Shown: positions 1 through 8,802 of the stretch, piece after piece
Position numbering within the stretch: the stretch's first letter is position 1
How the letters are laid out: the number at the start of each line of letters is the position of its first letter
Virus record (IMG/VR): IMGVR_UViG_3300030099_004448
Location: 174,938-238,937 of that record
Reading direction: 5' to 3' (one strand)
DNA length: 64,000 bases
The notes under the pieces: model-generated
Database searches by the model: none
The model's input: only the letters and a program-made list of their open reading frames with translations
What the model was told of the DNA's origin: nothing
Position numbers and translations under genes: made by a program

Positions 1-423
1 TCAATCGCTCTTGTACGTGCAGTTGAGTGTACTAATGGTATTGTGCAGTATTCTTATAGAGACGGTGATCCCTGGGCCCTGGATACTGAACAGACTCGAC
101 TTTGCATGAAGACTTCTATGTCTTTTATAAAGTCTAAGGAGTTACCTCTACCCGATGGTACAGTTGTTAAATGTGACCCATCTGTTATCGATGCTTTGAA
201 CAAAGTAAGAGATATTTACATTAAAGGATTCAAAATGGGTGACGAAGATTGTATGATGGAATTCTATGCACAATCTATCGCACAGTTTTATGTGATTGGT
301 AGAGAAAAATTGAATGAAAAGTGCGACTTCGTTGCAGAACACTTCAAACATGTTTTTGGAGAGTTTATGCTAAAAGAAGGAAGAGCTTACATAATGTCCT
401 ATCTAAATGCTATGGGTAAATGA
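1..423 (+). CDS. hypothetical protein, 5'-truncated by window edge
   Basis: Frame is open from base 1 (SIALVRAVECTNGIVQ...) to TGA at 421-423; no recognised motif. Confidence 0.7.
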   Translation, partial: SIALVRAVECTNGIVQYSYRDGDPWALDTEQTRLCMKTSMSFIKSKELPLPDGTVVKCDPSVIDALNKVRDIYIKGFKMGDEDCMMEFYAQSIAQFYVIGREKLNEKCDFVAEHFKHVFGEFMLKEGRAYIMSYLNAMGK

Positions 424-839
424 CCGAAGCTTATGTTCAGAGAGTATGGTTCTCTGTTATCTACAAATCTACTGGAAAGAAAAAATGTGATTGTGGATTG
501 GAAACTACTGCAATGGAAATAGTTGCAAAAAATCCACATGAATTGACCTATGTAAGGAGTGACGCCCATCTTATGGGTCAAGTTATTGATGTCACTCCTC
601 CCCCTGCACTCCCTACTAATGAAATTGTTATGGCTGACGGTTACAGTACAAGTGAAGATGATATCGTTGTAAATATGGATGGTGGAGTTGGTGGATCTTG
701 GAAACAGATCAAACCAGAAGATGAAGAGTACGAACATATCAATGACGATCCCCATGATGGATGGTGGTTGAGACCTGAACATAGAGATGATGTCCTACCG
801 CAACTCCAAGAGAGTAACTTAGAACCCTTCAATCCATGA
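420..839 (+). CDS. hypothetical protein
   Basis: 139-aa ORF with ATGA coupling to neighbours. Confidence 0.7.
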   Translation: MTEAYVQRVWFSVIYKSTGKKKCDCGLETTAMEIVAKNPHELTYVRSDAHLMGQVIDVTPPPALPTNEIVMADGYSTSEDDIVVNMDGGVGGSWKQIKPEDEEYEHINDDPHDGWWLRPEHRDDVLPQLQESNLEPFNP

Positions 840-976
840 CCAAAAATTGGAAAGAAATTGCTATCGAATCCGAGTCTGATGAAAGAATTTTAAAAGTTCT
901 CAAAGAAGGACCTAAAAGTCTTGCTCAGTCTTGGATGTTGCAAGCAATGAAATATAAGTACGATAGAAAAAAATGA
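836..976 (+). CDS. small hypothetical protein (46 aa, MTKNWKEIAIES...), not in ORF track
   Basis: Read manually; ATGA overlaps at both ends. Confidence 0.7.
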   Translation: MTKNWKEIAIESESDERILKVLKEGPKSLAQSWMLQAMKYKYDRKK

Positions 977-1287
977 CACACCCACATCACGAACATAATA
1001 CACTTTCTGCAATTCGTGGATTTCTTGAGAATATTGCTAACGAAGAGTTGACAGATGTTCCAGAAAAGATTAGAATGAGTGCAAGATATTTTTTGAAAAC
1101 CTATCCATCTCAGGAAAGGTTGAACGAACTATATCAGGGTCAAACTTTTACTGATCTTGCTGCTCCTGCAGAACCAGAGAAGGCGATTCCCAACCCAAAT
1201 AGGATTGTGAATGATAACCAAACTTGGGAAACACCAGGATTCAAGTGGAAGAGTGAAGTAGAGTTTAAACCCTCTCAGGGGAATTAG
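973..1287 (+). CDS. hypothetical protein
   Basis: 104-aa ORF; stop codon lies inside tRNA-Ala. Confidence 0.7.
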   Translation: MTHPHHEHNTLSAIRGFLENIANEELTDVPEKIRMSARYFLKTYPSQERLNELYQGQTFTDLAAPAEPEKAIPNPNRIVNDNQTWETPGFKWKSEVEFKPSQGN

Positions 1288-1350
1288 CTCAGCTGGTAGA
1301 GCGCCTGCTTTGCAAGCAGGATGTCAGCGGTTCGAGTCCGCTATTCTCCA
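1278..1350 (+). tRNA. tRNA-Ala (TGC)
   Basis: Cloverleaf GGGGAAT/ATTCTCC acceptor, GCTC/GAGC D stem, CCTGC-TTTGCAA-GCAGG anticodon arm, AGCGG-TTCGAGT-CCGCT T arm. Confidence 0.97.
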
Positions 1351-1385
1351 TACATTACTAAATGTTGACTTTCTGTTAGGGTTAG

Positions 1386-1413
1386 TTGACAAATCCTATA
1401 GATAGACTAGAAT
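1386..1413 (+). promoter_or_regulatory. sigma70-type promoter
   Basis: TTGACA-16 nt-TAGAAT upstream of ATG 1436. Confidence 0.6.
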
Positions 1414-1435
1414 TGTCCTGTGACGAACATTCATT

Positions 1436-1606
1436 ATGGAAAGACACCGATCCGCTTTGGGTAGAGTCTTGTATTTTACAATGCCAGAGCAGGAAATCAT
1501 CTACAGAGCAGTAGATGAGTACGTGCAACGGAACCCTGGAGTTGCATCCACTTCAGAGGACATTCTAAAAGACTTTTATCGACGACACTTTGACGGAGGA
1601 AAATGA
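1436..1606 (+). CDS. small hypothetical protein (56 aa, MERHRSALGR...), not in ORF track
   Basis: Read manually; follows promoter; ATGA overlap with next ORF. Confidence 0.65.
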   Translation: MERHRSALGRVLYFTMPEQEIIYRAVDEYVQRNPGVASTSEDILKDFYRRHFDGGK

Positions 1607-1800
1607 GAGATCAAAATTCTATTGACGACAATGAATCGAAACAAGACAAGTGGAATCGAGGTCTTGACATTTTTATTGAGTCTGTGAATAAACCAGACTC
1701 TGCACTTAGGGGATGTGCTCACAATCAACGGTGCTACCATGAACTTATGGATATTCGGAATGATGTCCTGGAGTATCTAAAATCTAAGAGATGGAACTAA
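1603..1800 (+). CDS. cyanophage hypothetical protein
   Basis: GGAGG RBS; 65 aa. Confidence 0.75.
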   Translation: MRDQNSIDDNESKQDKWNRGLDIFIESVNKPDSALRGCAHNQRCYHELMDIRNDVLEYLKSKRWN

Positions 1801-2081
1801 ACATAATTTTACTGTTCTCGTTTTGTGTAGTCGCCTGGTTCATTGCCTCGGATGAGTCGGTTGCCGAATTCGTGGTATTAGTGGGAGAATACATAAAGAC
1901 AAAGACACGGATTTCTTGGTGGTGGATAACCAATAATCCAAGAAATCCCATTGTAAAATTCTTAATTAACAGAAGGTCTCACCGAGAGGCTGAGAAATTG
2001 CTCAAGATTATTAATGAAGAACGCAATAGTAATCCCAGTTCGATTGAACAGTCAGAGACTTCCCAAGAAAGCTCTGATTGA
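1791..2081 (+). CDS. hypothetical membrane protein
   Basis: Hydrophobic N-terminus, WWW..NPRNP motif. Confidence 0.65.
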   Translation: MELNIILLFSFCVVAWFIASDESVAEFVVLVGEYIKTKTRISWWWITNNPRNPIVKFLINRRSHREAEKLLKIINEERNSNPSSIEQSETSQESSD

Positions 2082-2724
2082 TATCGAAGGTAAAACCTTA
2101 ATTCAAAGAGTAGTCGGGCAGTGTCTTAAAACAGATCTGCCTGTGTATCTTATTACAGACAGTCAAGAAATTGCTGATTCCGTGTGTCCCCGTAGGACCA
2201 CGGTTCTTTTTTTAAGAGAAGAAGCATGCTCGGGAACAGAAAGAATTGCAAATGCAATTGATATGATTCCTGCGGATGGTGTTATTAATGTTCAAGGTGA
2301 TCAACCGTTCGTCGATCCTCAAGAGATCTTGGTCATGAATGAACATATGATTGCAAACAATTCAACGTATCCCGTGATCACACCATCTAAGATCTACGAG
2401 AGGGATCATCCATATGCTAAGGACCCGAACAAAGTTAAAGTTGTTTCTTCTAAGTATGGTCGTGCTCTTTACTTTAGCCGCCATGCCATCGGCGATGAGA
2501 GAGTTAGAATCCACATGGGAATTTATGGATACCGAAGATCTGCATTAGAAAGGTATCAATACATGAAACCAACTCCTTTAGAACAAAGAGAGAGGTTGGA
2601 ACAGTTGAGATTCCTTGAAAATGATATTTCTATCTACACTTATGAAACAGAAAGAGATCTGTTTTCTGTAGACACGCCACAAGACCTAGAACACGCTAGA
2701 GAGATAGCTTGGGAATACGACTAA
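2014..2724 (+). CDS. kdsB: 3-deoxy-manno-octulosonate cytidylyltransferase (CMP-Kdo synthetase)
   Basis: IP.RL.SQRLPKK.L, SGTERI, NVQGDQP, DPNKVKVV, ALYFSR, H.GIYGYR, E.LEQLR.LEN, VDTP.DL motifs. Confidence 0.93.
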   Translation: MKNAIVIPVRLNSQRLPKKALIDIEGKTLIQRVVGQCLKTDLPVYLITDSQEIADSVCPRRTTVLFLREEACSGTERIANAIDMIPADGVINVQGDQPFVDPQEILVMNEHMIANNSTYPVITPSKIYERDHPYAKDPNKVKVVSSKYGRALYFSRHAIGDERVRIHMGIYGYRRSALERYQYMKPTPLEQRERLEQLRFLENDISIYTYETERDLFSVDTPQDLEHAREIAWEYD

Positions 2725-3420
2725 GGGTATTTGGGAGTGTCGGTCTGAGAGTGCCCTAGAGGGATCTGGATGCACCTCAGCGAAGAATGCTTCTGCACCC
2801 CAGATTTTTGCACTCTGTGCAAGAGGTTGTGCATAGAACCAGTTACCACCAGTTGTAGATTCTCCACCTTCCTGGGTAGAGTGAGTTGAATCAAAACAAA
2901 CTTTGAATCCAGCACTCTTCAGTTTATGAATAGTTCGGAAGTCAACCACCAGGTTGTCATAACCGAAAGATGTACCACGTTCGCAGATATAAAAGTCTTC
3001 GCAACCATATGCTTCCATGTTCTCACCTAGGAGAATTGCCTGACGAGGGGACATAAACTGACCCTTCTTGACATTGACTAATTTACCAGACTCTGCAACT
3101 GCTTGAAGCAGGTCGTTTTGACGACACAAAAATGCAGGGACTTGGTATGCGTCTACATAGTTTGATAGGATCGCAACGTCTTGTGGTTCATGGACATCGG
3201 TGATGACTTTGTAACCTGCATCACGCAGTTTTTCAAAGATCTTGATTGCGAATCTAAGTCCATGTCCACGAAAACTCTTATGACTGGATCGGTTTGCCTT
3301 GTCAAAGGATGCCTTGAAGTAATAATCTACATCTTCGGGTAGATTTTCAGTAATAGTTTTCGCCACTAGAAATGCATCTTCTTCAGACTCTAGTAGACAT
3401 GGGCCTGCAAACAGCTTCAT
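2686..3420 (-). CDS. kdsA: Kdo-8-phosphate synthase
   Basis: AGPC..E, FKASFDKANRSS, TDVHE, PAFLCRQ, NVKKGQF, ERG.SFGY.NLVVD, FD.THS, EVHP.P..ALSD motifs. Confidence 0.95.
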   Translation of the reverse strand: MKLFAGPCLLESEEDAFLVAKTITENLPEDVDYYFKASFDKANRSSHKSFRGHGLRFAIKIFEKLRDAGYKVITDVHEPQDVAILSNYVDAYQVPAFLCRQNDLLQAVAESGKLVNVKKGQFMSPRQAILLGENMEAYGCEDFYICERGTSFGYDNLVVDFRTIHKLKSAGFKVCFDSTHSTQEGGESTTGGNWFYAQPLAQSAKIWGAEAFFAEVHPDPSRALSDRHSQIPLVVFPSYLSSVF

Positions 3421-3443
3421 TCTATGTTAAACTACTTGTACTA

Positions 3444-3452
3444 ATTATACCA
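3444..3452 (-). promoter_or_regulatory. extended -10 promoter for kdsA
   Basis: Minus strand TGG-TATAAT about 24 nt upstream of kdsA ATG. Confidence 0.5.
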
Positions 3453-3454
3453 CG

Positions 3455-4354
3455 ATGACACAGTATTTTCCAGAGTATGATCGACTAAAAGAATGTTGGG
3501 TAGGTCGTGCATACGATTCTTCGCTCGTAACTGATACATTTGTTAAAGATATCCTTGACGAAACAGAAGAGGATCTGTCAAACTTTAGTCAAATGTTGAG
3601 AGATCTGGGAGTAGAAGTTAAAAGACCGACTTATAAAAATCCCGATGTAACTCGGAAACCACAACTTCTACATGCACGGGACCATCTCCAGTATCTTAAC
3701 GGCAAACTTTATATTGGTCCAAGGTATGAAGATAATATTGCTGATTGGTTGGAGTTGCTTGATAATCGAACTCCTTTTGTCACTCTGGATAATCTATGCG
3801 CGCCTTCTGTAGTTCGTGCTGACAGAGTTTACTTTGATGCGGTATCATGGACACGCAAACGTTTTGAATATTTTCAACATGGGAATCCTGATCTGCCTTG
3901 TGTTTTTGAACGACTCTCTTCTCGCGATTTTAACATCGAACGTCATACAGATGGTGTATTCTGTGTAGTTAAAGAAGGTGTAATCATCTCCACCCCACAG
4001 GGACGTAACCTAGAGTATCTGTTTCCAGAGTGGGATATCTTATATCTTGATCAAAATACTCAGGATCTTAATGATATGTCGAAGACCAAGGGTAAGTTTA
4101 TTTGGTCTCCAGATCAGATCCCTGATGATTACAGAGATTGGGTAGGATATTCACCCGAAACTTTCTTTGATGTCAATGCACTTGCTGTTGATGAGAAACA
4201 CTTTATGTGTACTCGATACAATAAACAGGTGTTTGATTTCCTGAAGAAACATAAGGTGGAACCTATCATTGTTCCTTTCCGACATAGATATTTGTGGGAC
4301 GGCGGACTTCATTGTATGACGTTTGATTTTATTAGAGATGCATATCAACAGTAG
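3455..4354 (+). CDS. amidinotransferase family protein (glycine/inosamine-phosphate amidinotransferase-like)
   Basis: L.ECWVGR N-terminus, ARD, HTDG, FDVN, C-terminal GGLHCMT catalytic Cys motif. Confidence 0.85.
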   Translation: MTQYFPEYDRLKECWVGRAYDSSLVTDTFVKDILDETEEDLSNFSQMLRDLGVEVKRPTYKNPDVTRKPQLLHARDHLQYLNGKLYIGPRYEDNIADWLELLDNRTPFVTLDNLCAPSVVRADRVYFDAVSWTRKRFEYFQHGNPDLPCVFERLSSRDFNIERHTDGVFCVVKEGVIISTPQGRNLEYLFPEWDILYLDQNTQDLNDMSKTKGKFIWSPDQIPDDYRDWVGYSPETFFDVNALAVDEKHFMCTRYNKQVFDFLKKHKVEPIIVPFRHRYLWDGGLHCMTFDFIRDAYQQ

Positions 4355-5030
4355 TCTTTATAACGCCGAGATCATCTATGAACCTTGGCCCTATACAGTT
4401 ATTGATGATTTTTTCACCAAAGATACTTGGGAAAAGTTAAGTCAAATATCGAAGTATATTTTATCGGATACTCCCAATGAATATTTGAGAAACTCTATTC
4501 AAAAAGCAAAAGAAACTAAAGTTGGTGGAAAGGTATTCAATATCTGGGAACTCATTCAATGTGGAGTTCCCGAAGACATTGTTGAGTGTTATTGGGATGC
4601 ATGTCAAGAGATTTTAGAAAACAAGGAAAGAATTTACGGTCAGTTTCCTTCTCATAAACCTGATGTGAAGTCATTAATGAAACCATGTTTGAATTTAGAC
4701 TTCGAGGGAAACTGGTATGAACCGCATCCAGATTCTGACACAAAGGTTATTAGTCTCATTTGTTACCTTGATCCAGAGGAAAGTGAAGGTACTGCATTGC
4801 ATACTGACGGAACTCATGATAGTATGATACATAGACTGGATTGGAAACCAAACAGATGTACGGTTTTTTGTCCAAGTGATCACACTTGGCATTCTTTTCG
4901 ATGTCAATCCAAACATAGATTAGTTCTTGCTATGTTTGTTGAACGTTATATTATCAATAGAAAGAAAATTAAAGATAGACACACATTTTCTAACGGTAAA
5001 GTCGCTGAGTTCTGGTATGATTATGGCTAA
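4338..5030 (+). CDS. 2OG-Fe(II) oxygenase
   Basis: HPD...H..R facial triad pattern (PHPDS...TWHSF...HRLV); EPWPY.VIDDF N-terminus. Confidence 0.8.
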   Translation: MHINSSLYNAEIIYEPWPYTVIDDFFTKDTWEKLSQISKYILSDTPNEYLRNSIQKAKETKVGGKVFNIWELIQCGVPEDIVECYWDACQEILENKERIYGQFPSHKPDVKSLMKPCLNLDFEGNWYEPHPDSDTKVISLICYLDPEESEGTALHTDGTHDSMIHRLDWKPNRCTVFCPSDHTWHSFRCQSKHRLVLAMFVERYIINRKKIKDRHTFSNGKVAEFWYDYG

Positions 5031-5253
5031 AATTCAAGTCGGAGATTACGTCAAGTACAATGGATGTACAAAAGAACAAATCCGTTGGGGTAATAATGAT
5101 GATCCAAGTGATCAACTTGCGATTAATGGTATATATTATGTGAATAAAGTAGATATTAGGTCATCTCATACTAAAATTTCCCTGCGTGGCATTCAGGGTA
5201 GATTTAATAGTGTATGCTTTGATATCTTGAGTGGGGGATATGATTATAAATGA
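5023..5253 (+). CDS. hypothetical protein
   Basis: 76 aa from ATG 5023. Confidence 0.7.
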   Translation: MAKIQVGDYVKYNGCTKEQIRWGNNDDPSDQLAINGIYYVNKVDIRSSHTKISLRGIQGRFNSVCFDILSGGYDYK

Positions 5254-6215
5254 AAAAGATTCGTAGGGTAATTCAAAAAGACCAGAATCTTATGCACTTG
5301 ACCTGGATGGTCAATAATATTTGTCAGAATAAGTGTGCCTATTGTATTCCTGGATTGAATAGTGGTAAAGGACACCATTATAAGTGGGAAAATGCAAAGA
5401 GATTCATAGATATTCTTTTTGAAAGATATCCTAAGATTCATTGTTCTGTTACTGGTGGAGAACCAAGTATCAGTCCTTTTTTTCCAGAACTAGTTCAACG
5501 ATTTGTTGATGCTGGACACACCATAGGAACAACTACGAATGGATTCAAACCTGTAGAGTATTGGAAAGATATTTCCAAGAATCTTAGTTATGTTTGTTTT
5601 TCATATCATCCAGAACAACCAACAGAAGATTTTCTAGACAAAGTTCTTTACTGTTCACTTAATACAATGGTGACTGTAAGAATCATGATGCACCCTAGAC
5701 ACTGGGATCATTGTGTAGAAGTTTATAATGATATTAAAGATATCCCAACAATTTTTGTAGAACCTGTTCGATGTCTTGATTGGGGTAGCGTTGATAGAAC
5801 GGTTCACTTATACGATGAAAACCAACTTGCATGGTTTAGAGATGCAGAGTCTTCTCTTGGTCATGAAAAATACTTAGAAACTGATGAAAAGTTTAATAGA
5901 ACTCCAGACATTACTGCCGATTTCGAGATGGACGATGAAACTATCGAGAAAGGTACAAATACTCTGGATTACATTAACTCAGGACAAACAAACTTTAAGG
6001 GGTATGTTTGTGAGGTTGGTTTGAAGAGTTTGTTTATTGATCACTCTGGTGAAATCTTCTTGGGTAACTGTTGTATTGGTGGACCACAGGGTCACATGGA
6101 TGAACCAGATGAAATTGCATGGCCTACTAAGAGAGTAATTTGTTCAAAACATATCTGTCACTGTTCTATTGATGTCAATATAAATAAGTGGACTAGGGGA
6201 TATTTTAGAAAATGA
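5250..6215 (+). CDS. radical SAM protein with C-terminal Cys cluster (SPASM/twitch-like)
   Basis: CQNKCAYC, TGGEP, TTNG, SYH; C-terminal C..G..S..I...G....C and C....C.C. Confidence 0.88.
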   Translation: MKKIRRVIQKDQNLMHLTWMVNNICQNKCAYCIPGLNSGKGHHYKWENAKRFIDILFERYPKIHCSVTGGEPSISPFFPELVQRFVDAGHTIGTTTNGFKPVEYWKDISKNLSYVCFSYHPEQPTEDFLDKVLYCSLNTMVTVRIMMHPRHWDHCVEVYNDIKDIPTIFVEPVRCLDWGSVDRTVHLYDENQLAWFRDAESSLGHEKYLETDEKFNRTPDITADFEMDDETIEKGTNTLDYINSGQTNFKGYVCEVGLKSLFIDHSGEIFLGNCCIGGPQGHMDEPDEIAWPTKRVICSKHICHCSIDVNINKWTRGYFRK

Positions 6216-6550
6216 GAGTTGACAAACCCTGGGGATGGTATAAAGATCTTGAGAGAACACCTAATCTTGTTATAAAAAAGATTTACATCAAACCTTTCTC
6301 TAAGTTTTCACTTCAAAAACACTCTGAAAGGGAAGAATTCTGGTACATTATCAATGGGTATGGTAAACTGACCCTTGATGATAAGTTTCATACAGTTGGA
6401 CCTGGAGATTCTTATAAAATTAAAAAAGAACAAATTCATAGAATGGAAGCCTATGCAGATGGTGTAACTTTCGTGGAGGTACAGAGTGGAGAATGCAGAG
6501 AAAACGACATCTACAGAATCGAAGACGACTACGGAAGAGAAAACTCTTGA
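6212..6550 (+). CDS. mannose-6-phosphate isomerase type II-like cupin
   Basis: KPWG, SLQKH..REE.W, HR, EVQ.G...E.DI.RIEDDYGR. Confidence 0.85.
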   Translation: MRVDKPWGWYKDLERTPNLVIKKIYIKPFSKFSLQKHSEREEFWYIINGYGKLTLDDKFHTVGPGDSYKIKKEQIHRMEAYADGVTFVEVQSGECRENDIYRIEDDYGRENS

Positions 6551-6683
6551 ACCACCAATTCCCCAGTTAATTGGATTGGGCTTGTTTTTCTTTGGTACAC
6601 TTGGTATAATCTATGCTGGGTACGTCCACGGAAACATGCATTTGCTGACGACACTGAAAAACGCTAAAGAATTTTATGGCTAA
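6486..6683 (+). CDS. small membrane protein
   Basis: One hydrophobic segment; start uncertain. Confidence 0.6.
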   Translation: MENAEKTTSTESKTTTEEKTLEPPIPQLIGLGLFFFGTLGIIYAGYVHGNMHLLTTLKNAKEFYG

Positions 6684-6831
6684 AAAACAATTCGTAAACA
6701 AATCAGGCGACACTTTTGAGTGGGAAGAAACTGAAGAAATGCGTAAAGCAGTTGCAAGACTGCATCAAAATATTCGAGATCTAGAAAAAGATCATGGTAA
6801 AAAAGGCGGAGACTACGGAGTAGGTAAATGA
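6676..6831 (+). CDS. small hypothetical protein (51 aa, MAKKQFVNKSGDTFEWEE...), not in ORF track
   Basis: Read manually; ATGA coupling to talC. Confidence 0.65.
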   Translation: MAKKQFVNKSGDTFEWEETEEMRKAVARLHQNIRDLEKDHGKKGGDYGVGK

Positions 6832-7475
6832 AAATCTTTCTTGACACTGCAGATTACGATGCAATCTCTATGAGGTATGACACTGGTCTTATCGATGGAG
6901 TTACAACTAATCCTAGTCTGATCAAAAAAAATGGTGAGGATCCTTTTGAGTCAATTAAAGTAATCTCGGAATCGTTTCCTAAGTTACAATCTATCTCTGC
7001 TGAAGTAGTTGCAGATGTGGCATGTGACATGGTTGAACAGGCCAAACCTTTTATGGAACTAGATAATGTAACGATTAAAGTTCCGTGTACTGTTGAAGGT
7101 CTGAGAGCTTGTCGTCAACTTCGTGACCTCGGTGCAACAGTTAATGTTACCCTTATCTTCTCTGCTGCTCAGGCTGTACTTGCAGCTAAAGCTGGTGCAA
7201 CTTACGTCTCTCCTTTCGTTGGTCGTCTTACCGATAATGGTTTTGATGGTCTTGAATTGATTAAGACAATTTATGACATCTATGTTAAAGATGGTTGTCG
7301 AACTGAGATTCTTGCTGCATCTGTTCGTAGTCCAGAAGTTGTCGCACTTTGTTATCGTGAAGGTTCTGATATCGTGACAATGCCACCTGGAGTTTTTGAC
7401 CGTATGTATGAAAGTGTTCTAACTAGAGAAGGTCTTGCTATTTTCCAGAAAGACTGGGATTCTATCAACAAATAA
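6828..7475 (+). CDS. talC: transaldolase (TalC/fructose-6-phosphate aldolase family)
   Basis: MKIFLDTAD, GVTTNPSL, IKVPCT.EGL, NVTLIFS, YVSPFVGR, LAAS.R. Confidence 0.96.
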   Translation: MKIFLDTADYDAISMRYDTGLIDGVTTNPSLIKKNGEDPFESIKVISESFPKLQSISAEVVADVACDMVEQAKPFMELDNVTIKVPCTVEGLRACRQLRDLGATVNVTLIFSAAQAVLAAKAGATYVSPFVGRLTDNGFDGLELIKTIYDIYVKDGCRTEILAASVRSPEVVALCYREGSDIVTMPPGVFDRMYESVLTREGLAIFQKDWDSINK

Positions 7476-7476
7476 C

Positions 7477-7665
7477 ATGTACGAAGAACTAAATTGTTTT
7501 GAGGAAGCACTTAAACACTTTGGCACTCGGGTTGAAATTATCTGTGCTTTAGAACTTGGTGGCAGACTCCCCTCTGAGGCTGCCTATCAGATGATCAAAG
7601 ATGAGATGAAGGAACTCAAAAAGTGCCGTAAACAGTTTAACAAAGCCGGCGAGTGCGATAAATAA
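7477..7665 (+). CDS. cyanophage/cyanobacterial hypothetical protein
   Basis: 62 aa; FG.RV.II.ALE.GG....E.AY..IK pattern. Confidence 0.75.
   Translation: MYEELNCFEEALKHFGTRVEIICALELGGRLPSEAAYQMIKDEMKELKKCRKQFNKAGECDK
7658..7664 (+). promoter_or_regulatory. T4-like late promoter (representative; similar (A/C)TAAATA at 8227, 19743, 22488, 32512, 41761, 47161, 48630, 55362, 57115, 59345 on +, and 30661, 31572 on -)
   Basis: ATAAATA shortly upstream of structural/late ORF starts. Confidence 0.7.
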
Positions 7666-7684
7666 ATTACACAGGTAAAGTATT

Positions 7685-8227
7685 ATGGCTGCGGAAATTA
7701 CTTCCACTGGTATTCAATTCAGTGATTCTACGCAAGTAAACAGTAGGGGTTGGATGACCCCAGATGGAACTTCAATGTTTTTCTATCAGTCATCCGCCCC
7801 TACTCATTGGGTAAAGAGCACCTCTCATGATAATAAGATGCTTAGAGTTGTTAGTGGAAATGGTGGAGGATCTGGAGGTAGTGTTAGTTTTTCTGATTTT
7901 AGTAGTAGAAGTTTTACATTTCCATATTCATCCAATAGTTCAACAAATAATAAAACTCTAAGTTCAAACCAAATTCCTTCCCATACACATAGTAATATGG
8001 GAACTAAACTTACTTTCTTTCCACAAAATCCAAACGGAACTTATAATGGTGGAGACGTAAGAAGAGGTCCTGGTTGGACTAGGAACACTAATAGTACTGG
8101 TGGAGTTTCTGGACCTTCACAACATAGTCATCCGTTCAGTTCATCTGGTACTAGTCCAAGTATTTCCTGTAATATCAATGTTCAGTATATCGATATCATT
8201 CAGTGCAACTTCGATATCGACGCATAA
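7685..8227 (+). CDS. short tail fibre/tail-collar-like protein (paralogue 1)
   Basis: FYQSSAPT.W, L...QIPSHTH, HSH motifs; Ser/Gly rich; late promoter. Confidence 0.7.
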   Translation: MAAEITSTGIQFSDSTQVNSRGWMTPDGTSMFFYQSSAPTHWVKSTSHDNKMLRVVSGNGGGSGGSVSFSDFSSRSFTFPYSSNSSTNNKTLSSNQIPSHTHSNMGTKLTFFPQNPNGTYNGGDVRRGPGWTRNTNSTGGVSGPSQHSHPFSSSGTSPSISCNINVQYIDIIQCNFDIDA

Positions 8228-8267
8228 TAAATAACCATAGCAAACCCTCATCATCCCGTGAAATAAA

Positions 8268-8786
8268 ATGGCAGCAGAAATAGATGGAACTGGTATTGTC
8301 TTTAGTGATTCCACTCGACTAGACTCTAAGTATGATATTTTTGCACAAGGAACTTCTTCCATATTCTTTCAGTCGTCTGCTCCAACGGGGTGGTCAAAAA
8401 GCACTTCCAACAATAATAAAGCGCTTAGAGTTGTAACTGGATCTGGTGGAGGTACTGGTGGATCAAATACTTTTACTAGTGCATTTCCATCTTCAAAACC
8501 AGTTTCTGGTAACTTCCCTATTTCTGGAACGGTTGGTAACCACACTCTAACGTCAAACCAACTTCCGAGTCATACCCATGCTAATGGCGGTGCAGTTACA
8601 TTGAGTCCTGGTGGCGGAGACGTAAGATCTGGTGGTGGGTGGTCAAGAAGCACTCCAGGCACTGGCAACAATACTACTAATGCATCTTCACATAACCATG
8701 GATTTAGTAGTGGTAGTGCAAGTTTTAGTGCAAATATCAATCTTGCCGTGCAATATATTGATGTGATAGTTTGTAGTTTCTCCTGA
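8268..8786 (+). CDS. short tail fibre/tail-collar-like protein (paralogue 2)
   Basis: FFQSSAPTGW, HTLT..QLPSHTH, HNH; clear paralogue of 7685-8227. Confidence 0.7.
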   Translation: MAAEIDGTGIVFSDSTRLDSKYDIFAQGTSSIFFQSSAPTGWSKSTSNNNKALRVVTGSGGGTGGSNTFTSAFPSSKPVSGNFPISGTVGNHTLTSNQLPSHTHANGGAVTLSPGGGDVRSGGGWSRSTPGTGNNTTNASSHNHGFSSGSASFSANINLAVQYIDVIVCSFS

Positions 8787-8802
8787 TACCTGAGTTTTTA
8801 TT

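Noticed and set aside
6219-6245. TTGACA inside the cupin gene as a promoter
   Set aside because: No good -10 box at 16-18 nt spacing
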